64,000 nucleotides of DNA from Eutreptiella sp. 'Long Island Sound 2002' (taxonomy: Eukaryota; Protista; Euglenida), in contig OZ038378.1 in assembly GCA_964036045.1 (NCBI GenBank), forward strand, positions 170,438,001-170,502,000. The letters are read 5' to 3'. The notes beneath the pieces are model-generated. The model saw only the letters and a program-made list of their open reading frames with translations. It did no database searches and had not been told where the DNA came from. Position 1 is the stretch's first letter. Each line of letters starts with the position of its first letter. Both the position numbers and the translations under genes were made by a program. This document shows positions 23,101-36,188 of this stretch, one piece after another.

Positions 23101-26100
23101 GCAACGGATTCCGTGTGGTTCAGTGTCAATGTCCACAGAAGACCCAGACAAAGGCCACACAAAGCCCACACCCCTTTGCTCTCCTTTGTTTGATACAACT
23201 CCTTGCCACAGGACTACAACAGTTGGCGCAGATCAAAGAAGTGGCCTCCGAGATCTCCAACAATCCATTGGACGGCGTGGATTCGGCTCATTTGACGACT
23301 CAAAAAGAATTGCAACAAAAGATCATCGAGTTGCAATACACAGACGAAGATGAGCCGCTGGAGATCGACCGCAAGATTCGAGAGCAGCTCATGGCATTCA
23401 AAGCGTTCAATTCATACCAGGCAAAGATGATCACCGACGTCTCCGGTCTGTTGCTGTCCCATTCCTCAGGGTTCCTTTGTTCCTCTGTGTGAGCACCACA
23501 AGTTTCGTGCGCCTGTCTGCGTGTGCGCCGAGTGTATGCATGTGCGTGTGTGAGCTCCTGTACTTGCTGCATGAGCTGAACTGTCCGTCGGGGGAGAATG
23601 AGTAGTACTATGTGGTCCCCTCTGCAGCGCCTCGACAGTTTGCAGAGCTCTGTTTCAGTTTCGGTATCGCAGTCTGCAGTAGCCTACTGGCAAGACTCGC
23701 TGTGTTGCTGACACAGAGGGTTGGGGTGCACCATGCACAGGCGTCCTGGTAGTGACGTGCGTGCCCACCCCCTGTGCGCATTTCCCACTCAGCAGGATTG
23801 CAATCACCTCTTCAGGGAGTCACGAAACATTTTTGAAAAATTTTCGGTGCAAGCGCCGTAAGAAAATGAAGGACACGGACGTGCCATGCAAAACAGGGTG
23901 AACAACAAGATTAAGTTGATAATCAACATGTGTGCTTCACAATGTGCATTATGCATATGATATTTAAATGAAACTCACAGATATTGAGATAAAGGTTTGG
24001 GGTAATCCAGAAAACCTCCAGGACCTCTGTGCCCCACACCCATGAGCCCACGCAGGTGTGGATATCATTCAACGCTTCTCGCTTGGGGTGAGCGGAAACA
24101 CATAGGACCTGAATTTTTTTTTGACCAGACAGAAAGGAACCACCCTTGGGCAAGGTGGGTGACTGTTTGCAATATCTGCCATGTTTCACATCGTTTGTGG
24201 TAATCTAGGATAATAAGGGGTAGTTGGCATGAATGGGGGGGGGGGTTGGGGGCACATCCTCAATACGCCAACTATTGGGCGCCGCTGACACACAAACGGC
24301 ACACCATGCCACATTCAGCGCAGCCTCAACACACCAACTACGGGCTCCACAAACGCGGAAACGACACCAGCAAGAGCACCGGCCGCAGCGGCCGACAGAA
24401 AGCAGCAACCCGACGCAACATGCGAAGGGAAGAACAGGTGACTGTCCAGGGCCCCGTAAAAGAACAACAACCAGACGGAATGTCACACAGGGGGGCACCC
24501 AGACAGTTAGAAACAACCCTTGGAGCTGGCCACAACCGCCCTCCATGAACATCTTCCCCTTTTCTGTGTGGTGTGACAAGCCTGTCATGCTAGAGAACTC
24601 CCAAAGAAGTGCCTTTCAAAATTTGACAGAAGCAGGAGCTCCAATAGAACAGCACTGGGCGCCATTACAAGTAGTGTAATGTACAACACAATGCCCAATG
24701 CTGTTCTACAATACAATAGTACAATACAATTTCACAGTCATGTACAATACGGCAGGATAGGAATATTAACAGCTGCTTGAACTCAGTGCAGAAGGGTTTA
24801 TGTGTTGGACAACAGCCCAAAACAGAGGGCTGGACGAGACCAAGTTTTGGTCTTGAGTGTTGGAATTTGTACCTCCTTCGACCATCAAAAAATCGCAACG
24901 CGCAAAATGGCACCTCCATGTAGCAACAAGGCTGCACTGGCGTGTGTGGCACACAATGCAAACCCCACTTTGGGGACATATGCTGACATTGTTGCTGAGG
25001 CCAGAGAGGTTGGGGCCCCAAGAAACCCAGGATGCACACAAAATGGCGAAAACGCAAGATTTCACCGATGATACATGGTCCTTTTGGTGAGAATTTTATG
25101 GTGCTACGCCCGTGCTTTTGGCCATGGCATTTATCAGCCCACTACCAAACTATATGCTATTCTCTTCCCTGCCTTTCCCCCCATTCGCCCCCCTTTCCCC
25201 CCAGTCTTCTGTTATGGGCTCGGGCTCGGGTACATACTGTCTAGGACTGTGTAGGACTGTGTAGACTGTGTAGGAGCATTGGACCAGAGCTGGACGTGGA
25301 AGATGCCTATGATGGGTTGCCTAAGACTGTCTCAAAGACCAAATGCTATCGGTTGACCAGCTGCCACTGGGTGGGAATGCTGCAATGTGAGCACCCTGCG
25401 TTACTCTATTTGCCATGGTGTAGATTCACGTGACCATTTGCATATTTGTTTGAAGTGCCTACCTTGTTTCCCTGTGCACGTCCAGTGTTATTTATGGTGT
25501 GAGCACTGCAAAAAAGGCGTTCTGCTATATTGTAAAGGTTTCCCGCAGTGGATTTGACCACGGGCCCTTAGCTTCTTCCATTTTGGATTTGCATGCAGAA
25601 AAGGTGTTTTGCTGAAATAGTTGCTGAGAAATGTGCCCCTATTTGTTATTTTGTTATTGGTGTTTTCTTGTGGTTGCCCTGAAAAAATGCATGGATGGTC
25701 ATTCAAAATATATCCATTTTCTTGCCTACGTTTTGCTGCCCTATAAGCAGGCAATAAATCTTGGGCCGTGGAGGGCAATAGGCCTGACGCAAGATTTTTG
25801 TTGCCTCAAACAGCCCCTATTGGTCTAAAATTTGAGTAGATGATCGTAGGTGTTCACCTCCTGTTTTCATTTTTCACCCAAGTTATGTTTTGACCAGAAA
25901 GTCTATCCCAGCGTCAAACAGGTGAGGTGCATGCAACCCTGTGCGTTTTTTTTTATCATTTTGCGGTGCGCCTCTACTTGGAGGGAATGTTAGCATGCCG
26001 GGCACGCGCCGGGCACGCCGGGCAAAGTTTCAACCGTCACTGTCCCACCTCCAACCATTTGGGGGCATGTGTCTGTATGGGAATTCTGACCTAGCCTAGC

Positions 26101-26806
26101 ACAGTGGGATTGGGCACTTCTTTTAGTGCCCAAGAGAGCAAGCAATTTTTTAAGAGAGGTTGATATTGTCATTACACTCCCTTGCCACCACTTCTTCCAA
26201 TCATGCATGAATGAGTTGTACTTTTGCTGTTGTGAAAAGGGCACCCCAAGCTCAGTGGAAAGCATTGGGATAGATGGTGAGAACATTTATTTGGATGCTG
26301 AGCGCGCGCTGGGCAAACGTTCCCTCTTGGGCCGTTGCAGGGCATCCTTGTGGATAGTGCACCCCCAGAGAAGGGGGAGCCGGCCCCTCCACGGGTTTTG
26401 GACAGTCAACGCCGCTGCCGCCCCCATTTTGGGAGGGAGTGCAGAACAAAAGTTTTCCCATTTCGCATGGCTCATCGTGATTAGTGCGACCCAACGATCA
26501 TTTTTTTTTGAGTCGTATGTGTTGTAAACCCCCCCCCCCCCCGAGTTTCGCCAGATCGCAGGGGGGGTAGACGCAGCAGGACCGGGTCCCCACCCCCTAA
26601 CCCACCCTACCCCAGTTGCTGAGCTGCCAGGAAGCCTATGACAGGTGGAGGCCGGACATAGCCCCATCACGATCACATAATAGTGAGGGTGAGGACCTGA
26701 TGGATGGCTCTGTTGGACACACTGGCACTGCTTGAAACTGCCCAGAGCTGAGAACCGCAGCTTGACTTTCATGCCCTCCAAACCGTCGTGCATACTGCCG
26801 GATGCC

Positions 26807-26867
<61 letters not shown>

Positions 26868-29808
26868 CAGTTTTCGTGCACGCACCTTTACGTGTCGATA
26901 CCCCGCGTCCCTAAGCTCTGTCGATTGCGTGCTGGCCTGTCATCCGTGTCCCCTTGTGGTTGGTCCCGTTCACATGTTTTGTTACCCACAGACCCATCTC
27001 CCCTCTCTTTGGCATGATCTGTCTTCCCCCCAATGCAATCCTGCACAGGGCTCAGCAAAAAGGTCCACAGTCCCACAGCCTGCGATACGATTACCACCTC
27101 CGTCGCGCAGCTGCAGTCGTACTGCCAGGCCTTGGCATCAGATATGCAGGAGCTGCTGGCGCACGCCCGCGCCGTGTGTACTCAGCACGAGCTCTCTTGT
27201 GCTCGGGATCAGGCAAATTTCGTCAAGGAGCAGCACCAAATCTTCGAGACCAACATGAGCCAGTGGACCACATCTCTGTCCACGTACATCCGGCAGCGGG
27301 TCTGTGCTACTCTTGGGGGCCGTTTTAGTGTAATTCTGGACCCCAACCCCTGCGCGAGGGCGTGAGGGCAAGGGGCAGGGATGATAGTAATGTTTTTGTT
27401 CTTTTTTTGGGGGGGGGGGGGCATGTTTGACCCCCCCATCAGACCCCCCTCCCCCTTGCGAGATGTCATATCATGTCATGTCATGTCAATTGGCTGATGT
27501 TGTAGTCATCCGTGCCGTAAATAAGGACCTTGGTTCTTTGTGGGGTTTTTGTTGAACGTGTTGAACGCAATGAGCCCCCTTCCTCTACCACCAAACACGT
27601 TTTGCAAGGTCTAAGAAAGTGGCCATCTAGTCAGAGTTGTGCCGCATCTATCCATGCCATCGTAGTTTGCTGTAAGTCATCGGAACGAGTGAAGTTTTAA
27701 AGCTAATTTCCATCGCATGGCAGCCAATTCTAGTTGAGCTTTGCAATGTGGGCTCCTTCCTCGGAGTCCTGACCCCGACGGAAAAAGGCAAAACAATCAG
27801 TTGAAGAAATATATTGTCGCGGCAAATCATGGGATCACCTTTGGGAAGCAACTGACTGGTTTTGCGGAAACCGTCAGTGGCGGGCAATGTGGATGTTCTG
27901 GTCCCTCCATAAGTATGCAAACAAGATGGACCGGCGTGGAAAAGCATCAGGTTCCAATTTGAATATCATTTTCCCATGCTCACTTACACCAGACAGTCAA
28001 GTTTTCCCTGCACACTGGATAACGAATGCTTTGCAGCTGGCACAATATGGAGTCGTAATTTGGCAATCAGTATTGAGGGGCCCTTTAGTGCCCGGGATGT
28101 AGATTTGCACTATGTTTGGTTGTTTTCAGAAAAAAAAAAAGGTAGTGCAGGGGGTGGAGGGAGTTGTGTAAGATTTCTGCCGGGTTTCCGACCTGGCAGA
28201 AGCATTTGGTACTATCATGTCTCTGGTCTAATTCATGGATAACGTCGTGGTCGCGGGTAGGCGGTCCACAGGCACACATCATAATAAGCGAGGTGAGCAG
28301 CTTTTCGTTGGGTATTTGAAACCTCCATTTCCCTGTTGCATTAGGGATGAGTGTCTCTCACGTCTCAGTGTGTGCTTGACTCCAAGTCTTCAGGCATCAT
28401 GTATCAACGTGCATGAACATGGGCCAGGGATCATGTGTCGCCCCCCTTGGTCCTTGATAGCCGACTGGTCCCCGACGCATTTACCCCCCCCCCCCCTTTG
28501 CAATCTCCCCCCCCCCCCTTGCAATCCCCCCCCCCCCGGGAGACCGTCACTTCCATGTTTTTCTAGTTGACATCTATTGCGCTGGTTTGTGTTGCCCATC
28601 TGCCTTACACATGGCCTTGCATTGCTTTCCCATTACTTCAAATCAATCACCTATGTGTTCTGTGATATTCTCTCTCCAAAGGCGTTGTATGGGTGTGTTG
28701 TGTTTCTGTTTCAGACCCAAGATGTTTTCTCCCGGTGACCGAATACGGTACCACTCACGCACACTTGGTGCACATGTGTTGGCCACTGTCATGGGTCCTT
28801 CACCAAATGGGCCACATTTTTGCCACTTTCGCAACATACTCCCTGGTGGGGTCACTCCGGTGGATCACGAGAGCACTCAACTCTCAAGGCTAGAGGCTGT
28901 GGTGGTTGGATCGCCCAAGTCTCCAGAGTCACCGGACGTTACCCAAACCAGCCCCGCGCGCCATTGCCTCCTCCTCATCAGTGCAACTGTGCCTGTCATG
29001 CAAACTGAACTCCTTGCCCCCCTTGGAATCCCCCCCCCCCCGGACCGGGAGAACGTCACTTGGTGACCGCCCCCCCCCCCCCAACCCGGGAGACCGTCGC
29101 GCGCTAACAGGGGAGATTGCAAGGGGGGCGGGGGGTGGGGACTAAAAGGTCGTACATGGCCATAAACAGCGGTAGAGGTCGGCAGATGGTTGTCATGGGG
29201 TCCAAGGGGAGTAGCACCAGGGCGATTAGAAAAATGCCTCCCGAAGGAGTGGAGGGGTGGCAGGGAGGCGCAGCAGTTTGGGGAGGTGGTGGAAGAGGGG
29301 CTCGAACGATCCACCCAGCCCCACCACCCACGGACAAACCTTTTTCCCCCTCACTCTTGGTATTGTATTTTGAATGAGCTCGAAAGGGGCATGCACATCA
29401 CCCCCATTTCCAGCCCTCCATCCAACACTCCTTGCATTTTTCCGCATGACTCCAATGGCACCTGTTTTCATGCAGGAGAAGATGCTGGAGTCTGATAAAG
29501 AGCATCTCGCAGAGCGCAGGAGCCAAACTGAGAAATACCAAGCTATTGACCCAGAGCTGACTCCAATTCGCAAAGAGATTGACCGACTTCAGAAAAGGGT
29601 TGCAGATGCGCATCAAGCCATTGCGCATTGGCGCGAGCAGCGCACGGTCATCGCCAACCTTCGCCTCAGTGTTGCCACCAACTGCCCAGAGCTCAAGAGG
29701 AAACGCAAGCGCAGCCAAAGCAGCACCCCCACCGTAGAGGAGCCGCCAGCACAGCGGCGGAACATTTTCAGTGGTGTGGGGTCGTGGTTCGGTCTGGGCT
29801 CCGCATGA
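17189..29808 (+). CDS. Multi-exon orphan protein: P/S/A-rich disordered N-terminus, helical coiled-coil core, basic NLS-like KRKRKR near the C-terminus
   Basis: Phase-compatible GT-AG exons 22212-22382, 23212-23445, 27049-27299 and 29476-29808. Exon 1 runs from 17189 (or 17159) to ~17910 with an uncertain donor; a further exon near 21990-22115 is possible. Confidence 0.6.
24258..24496 (+). repeat. ~240-bp dispersed intronic repeat (SINE/MITE-like), copy 1
   Basis: Closely similar to 45759-45996 (CCTCAATACGCCAACTA...CGGAATGTCACACAGGGGG). Confidence 0.9.
26811..26866. repeat. (TG)n microsatellite
   Basis: Direct reading. Confidence 0.95.
28490..29128. mobile_element. Small TIR element carrying a Tudor/SH3-barrel-like ORF fragment
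   Basis: CCCCCTTTGCAATCTCCCC at ~28492 versus GGGGAGATTGCAAGGGGG at ~29111. Internal FSPGDRIRYHSRTLGAHVLATVMGPSP. No TSD identified. Confidence 0.45.
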
Positions 29809-32800
29809 CAATGTGGAATATGAGTGGCGCCAATGCATGAAATTGCTGGCAGCGCGCGGAACTTGAGATCACTGTGAACACTCAGTCAATTGCTGCCGAT
29901 TTGGGGTCCAGGAACCTTTGCAGCTCACTGCGGTGCGGCAGGCTCCCTAGAGGAGTGCAGACTGTCTGTGCAATACACCGCAGTTCGTTCAAAAAACAGT
30001 GTACACCAACATTTCAACAGTTTTTGAGAAGTCTATCCCGTAGGACATGAGTTTACGGTGCAAAGCACAGCACGTGTACAACAAGAGGCCCTGTTAAAGG
30101 TACTGACGCATCATCCATTTGTGTATCGGTGGCTCTCTGCCCTTTGGAATTGCCAGTTGCCCTTTTTGGGCTCCCATAACCCGAACTTACTCTGTTTCAT
30201 CCGCAAGTCCAAAGTGAGAAGGCTGTGGGCCGGTCAGTTACCGCAATGTGATCGAAGTAGGTTGTGGTCCTTGAGGCTTGTTTCTGTTGTGCACGATTGC
30301 AGTGCCGGAGCCGCTCCCTCTGAGCCCCTTTATTCCGTCGGTGATTTGTTGGCAGCAGCCGCTAAAAGAAGGGTTGGTTTCTCATGTAGTGTCTCAGGTT
30401 TATCGCAAATCACCTCCGAATTCCGGATTCGTGGCTGAATGAAAGTTGGACAGATGATTCAGCTGCGCAATGTTTGGTTTTTTTCGACAGATTGGGAAGT
30501 AATGGGGGCTGACGCCTTGGAGGCGCATGGTTTGGGCAGCGGCTGCGACGTTTTTTCCCCAAACCAACCCAAATCTGCCGGTTGTTGTTCCTGTTGGGCG
30601 CGGAAAGGGTACTGTTTTGCACCACCTCTCGCCTGTTGTAACATATCCCTTGAACGGTGTATGCAATGATTTGCATGATCACCCATCCAGATCTAAGGTG
30701 CTGTGGCGCACGGTTGGCCACGGTGGAGAAACCGCTTGAGTAGGAAGAGCAAGCGGTTGCACAACCGTTGGGGCCGCAGTTGGAGTTGAAAAGACGCGGT
30801 TGGCGTGGAACCGACAGAAGGGAGGGCGGCGTTCTATACCTGTTGTAGAGGGTAGGATGGGAATTTCCCTCCCAGCGTAGGCCCGGATGGGCAGTATTGC
30901 GAACGATCCTGCACGCAAACACACTTTTTTTCAGCCACAAAAATGGTGACCCGGGACTAAGATGTCGGAGGAGCGTTGCTCGGAACATTGAATCTTTGCC
31001 AGGCTGCCAGTGCTGGGGACTCATTTAAAGAGTTTTTTTGCCCGGAAACTGAACGATCAGATGAGGTCTCAACTGAGAGAATTGGGTTTCACCATTGTAT
31101 GGGACGTGGCTCTGGCACTCATCGCATGAGTGCTGTGCTCAAGCATGTTCCCACATTGCAGTGCCGGTTGCCAACCTTCCAACTGGGTACTGCCCATTAC
31201 ATGCTGCTGCTGTGTTCTGGAATGGAATTCTAAGGCCAACACATTGTCTGAAAATACAGGCCGTTTTGCCCATTGTCGAGTCCTGAGCCTGCCAGGGGTC
31301 TGTGTGCCAGGGGCACCAGCAAAAGGCCCCCGTGTGACGTTTTGAATGACATATGCTGCTTCACTCACATTGACTCCTCTCTTGTTTCTTAGCACAAACG
31401 TGTGGCAGATTTTGAACAGAGAAGATCCACATCAAATGCTCATTGCAACATTCACCTAAGCTAAAAGCTGCTGATAAACTTCACGAAACTGCACACTGCT
31501 CTTGGTCGGTGAACTTAGCCCTTGGAAACATGGGTCCAACGTCGCAGTCTCAGATTCAATGGTGTCACGTTTGGGTGCAGCTGAGAGAGAAGGGGGCTGA
31601 GAACAGCTCATGACAAAATGACGATTAAACAGGACTGGCAAACACGATTTGTTGGTGGCGGACCAACTTTCAGTATCAACGCGCTTACGTGTTTCTGTTC
31701 ATGTGGGGAGAAGCCCACGCCTCTGCAGGTTCTGTACACCAGGTTGAAAGGCGTCCCCTGCATCATTTTCTACCTGTGGCCCCCAAGAGGTTGGCCTGGC
31801 ATTGGTCAGTCCCAGGGTTTGTTTTGCCGATCCTGGTCTGGCACGCAGCCGTTCCTGCCGCTGATGCCTGTCTTCCTACGCTTCCAATTCCCAATCCCCG
31901 CCTTCACTTAACCTTGACGTTGCGTCATGAGGTCTTGGCCCCGCGGGTAATGTACATACACCAGATCATTTGTGGCAGAAGTAGACAGGCCCCGAGTCTG
32001 TCCAGGCTGGGGCCCGTGGCCCCGTGCACCGGTTATGTTATCTCCCTCATTGGGACTGTGACAGATGGTGGCCAATTTACGTGCCGCTGGTGCTGCTTGC
32101 ATGAGGCAGGTGTATGTGCGAGGTGTGTCTGTTAGTGTTGGGCTGCACTGCACTGCGTGTGCACAAACCGCGCCTCTAATACCACAGGTCATGCCGACCA
32201 GCTGGCGCGACGTATGGCCTCCTATTTTTTTGGAGTGGCAGCAGTTTGTTGATGGTAGTGGTGGACTTTTGATGCAGGACTTGTTGTTGATCTGCCGAGG
32301 TCCCCTGCCCTCCCCTTGAACGCAATCCACCGTTACAAGGCAACCTCAACATTGCAAACCAGCTATGCCTGGATTTGCAACACCAATGCTGCAGATGGAA
32401 TGGCCATGCAACCTCCTTTGAATTTAATGGAGCCGCATGGGGTTGGGTGTGTTGTCCGTGCAGGCTGTTTCTTTCAGCTAGCACGGTTTTTACCGCAAAA
32501 TGTGCGTGTAGATTAGTAGACCCCTCCCTTCCTCCCCCCACCAACCCCTCATCGCCCCTATATGCCCCTCGGCACCCACGGGGCTGGGTGATTCGAATGC
32601 CCTGACGTTCTACGGCGGTCTAGGGGGTTGGGCTGCCCAAAGTTGCCCACCATAAGCTGACGGGTCATTAGCTCTATCATACAACAGCCTAAATTCCGTG
32701 GGTCAACTAAGCCTGAATTGAAGAAGCGCTACTGGCAGGGACTGCGATAGATGGGAGCTTTTGGCCCATGTCCCAGGGATCCCAAGGAGTTGCCCCCCGA

Positions 32801-35800
32801 ATTCTTGCACCATCCATCCATCCATCCACCCCCCCCCCCCCTGTTGGGGGGCTCTATTGACCCCCCCCCCCCCCCAATGAAAGCCCACCGCCCCCTGGAC
32901 AATAACCGCAGTGTGCATATGCACTGCGCAAGTGCAACCCCCCCCCCCCCGGCAGCTTTGTGTGACGTTTGGTTTGATGTTTTCGCACCCTTGTTGGTAG
33001 CCAACCCCCCTGGCAGCTGTTTGTGGGGGCTGTCCTCACTGACCCAGGTCACAGCACATCCATCTACCAAGGGCAAGGGCCCACTCAGCCCAATTTTGGG
33101 ACGCTTGCCCCCATGGTCAGGTGCAGCGCTGTGCTGAGTGTCCTGTCCAAGAAACACCGCTTTAGTGAGCGTTAGTGGATTTGCTCTTGATGTATTAAGA
33201 TGGCAAGGCCACGGATGCATGGAAATAGTGAGTAAGATGGCACACTGTGGATATTTGGAAAATGCTGGTGTGGCTGAATCATTCCCTTACAATATGGGCA
33301 AAATGACTTGCTCTTGGGTGGTACCCCAGTGTCTCCTCATCTACCTGAGTATTCAGCTGGAGGGATCGGAAGTGGCCAAAATCTGTGTGTGGGTGCCTCC
33401 CTTGCTCTGCAGCACCCCAGGCTATTCCCCCACGCTACTCCCCGAGGGGCAACTCAACTAGGGGTAACGCACCATCGGTGCCGCAGGGCAACAGGGCAAC
33501 CAGGTGCAGAGAAAAGGGGAGGGGGTGGTGGAGGAGAGGAGGAGGCACGTACAGCAAACCCCCTGCACTCGGAATCCCGGATAGGCAGTGTCACAAGTCT
33601 CAGTGGTCCACAGGTAGTCGGGCCAGCATCGTCGGGCAGCTCAAGGCGATCCCAGCGCTGTCTACTGGGCAACTTCAAGCAACCAGAGCCCCCCGTGGCC
33701 GCCGGAACCCTCGTTCCCAGTCTGTTGGGGATGGCTAGAGCCATTTGGGCGCCCACACCATGAGAAGGTCACCGGCGCCGGGTTTCCCTGGGCACGGGAG
33801 TAAGGGGGGGGGTCTGGGAAAAGGGCTCAATTGACAAGGACCATTATTTCCATTTGTGCCAAGAATGATAGAAGGAGGACTTTGTCATTGGTGGCCTACC
33901 ACAAAAAAGTCCATGATGCACGCATGTCCACCACATGTTGCTGGCATTCGTCCTAGGGTATGTACATTGAGCAGCAAGTATGCAACTGCCCTTGTGACCT
34001 AGTTAGCATCAGGGTTAGGGTCACCGAGATGGTGTTAACCATCTGCGTTTTTTTACCCTCTTGTGTCCACGATGGAGGTACCAGGTTTGGCAGCAAGCAA
34101 GCGGCTAGCAAGCAGCACCAAGCACGCGTGAAATGGGCAAAAATTAGAGTTCTGTGGTGGTACTTCAGATGCGGCCAAAATTTTGGTGGATGAGACCTTT
34201 TGGTGTGAAGTACAATCACAAAAAAATTTGAGAGAGAAACTCAACGGTGGCGGTCGCTATGGAGTGTCACAAGCGGCGGACCAAGGTTTCAAAACCTGTC
34301 CACAATAGCAAAAAAAAAAGCCTTTTTGGGGGCAATTTGGGTGCCTAGCATGTCCTCGGAGGGGCCCATTTGCAACGGAACCAACCTAGATGATGAACAA
34401 ACCCCTTTGATCACTATCTATTGGGGTTTGCACCCAAGTAGTGGACTCAACGTCCTCTTTTTGGGCCCAAAATACCGCAAAATCGGCCTTGAAAAGCACC
34501 CTTTTCGCAAAGTTTTTTCAGTTCCACCCTCTTGTGCTGTGTTTGACTGCCATGGATTCCGTTGGGCACCCTTGTGTTAATAAATAATGATGAAGGGGAT
34601 CACTTACAAGCTATTTGTCGCTGTCAACACCCTTCTACGCCCCATTGGCACCACGGAGTGTTGCGCACGGCACACGTGCTAGGACAGGGTTATGGGGGTC
34701 ACCTGTGGGTCCAAAAGTGGTCAAAAAAGTTTTTTTCTACTCAAACAAGTTGTTTAAGGCTATTTTGAGCCATTTCCGACCCATAGTAGCCCATGCAAGT
34801 TCTCAAAAAGCCTTGATATGGGCAATTTAGGGATTGGCAGTGCAGTACAAGGGGGTGCGGGGGGAATGCACAGGGGGGAGGGGGGGGGATGGTCTCTTGA
34901 GCATGCGAAGGGAGTGAGGACGGGTTTTTTGGGGGTTATATGGGAGGGGTGCAGGGGGAGTGCTTGGGGGGCATGTCTCTCGAGCGAGGGTATAGGGAGG
35001 GGGGGGGGGTAGTGGCCTGAATTGTTCATGGTGTCCCTCAACATGTGTCCTTATTTGGCCCCTTTTTTGAGTGTACCTGATGTTTCCCCAACCATCTCGG
35101 TTCCAACGTTCGGTCTTGATTGGGGTGAAAGTCCATCCACCCCAAGAGGCGTAAAAAGACCCACAGTGCTCCTCAAGGGACAGCTTCACTTTCTTTTTTG
35201 GTAATGGAGGGTGTGGGACCGCCGCGTGCCATTCCTCAGGGCACTGCTATTGCCTCTTTGGGAGATGGCAGGAATAGATTGCCAATGAACACGGCGGATG
35301 ATGTAGTCTCCCAAATTTGCTTTCTTTCACGTATTCACTTCCAAACTTGGGTTCTTACCCATGAGGGCATGAATAGTGTAGGGACCATTTGGATGGGAAG
35401 TTTTTGCAAATGAGTTGTGTCCAATGCGACGCATGAATCAATTAAGTCGGTCATGTGTTAGTGGCCATTCTCTACTTTATGGCTCATCACCAATTTACTC
35501 GCCTATGAAATGCCCATTTGGGGGCGCACTGTGTGGCAAGCTTTTTTGGTCAAAAGTGGGTCCACTGAAACTGGGATACAGAAAATGTCTAATTGCCAAG
35601 TTTAATTGATTATGCACCCCAAACAGCAACAAAACCGGGCACAAAAATAAAAAAAACTTACCAAAATAATTGATTTTTGGTGTTCCACCCTCCGGCCAGA
35701 AAAATAAATCAAAAGTTTCAAATTTGCGTGGTACGTTGGTTATGCTTTCACCGGGCACAGCATGACAGGGGCGCATATGCGCATATGCGCATATGCGCAA

Positions 35801-36188
35801 AGCACCGCTAAAGGAGCTCAGCTATCATTTGTGCGAGGAAGAGACCAGTCTCGAGGCCAAGGGCACCTTGGTCCTGGGGCGGTGGTTACAGTTGTAGCAT
35901 CAAACCCGAAGCAGAAGCCTCAGCGTGGGCATCCATCCAGCTGAAGACAGACGGGCGGTGGCGGGCATACAGCACACTGGGCACAACACAACAAGGTGGC
36001 CAGAAACTTGGGTGGCAAAGAGGCCATGACCGATCTGCAGAATCGCTCAACTTGAACCAAATTGTTCTCGGATCGCTCCTTCAGGCAGCTCCGGTTGCAA
36101 TACAGCCACGCGCTCAGGTACCCTGCGCATCCTCAAGAGCATGCCCACCAATTTACAGGTGAGAGCCATGTTCCTGTGATCCATCGCA

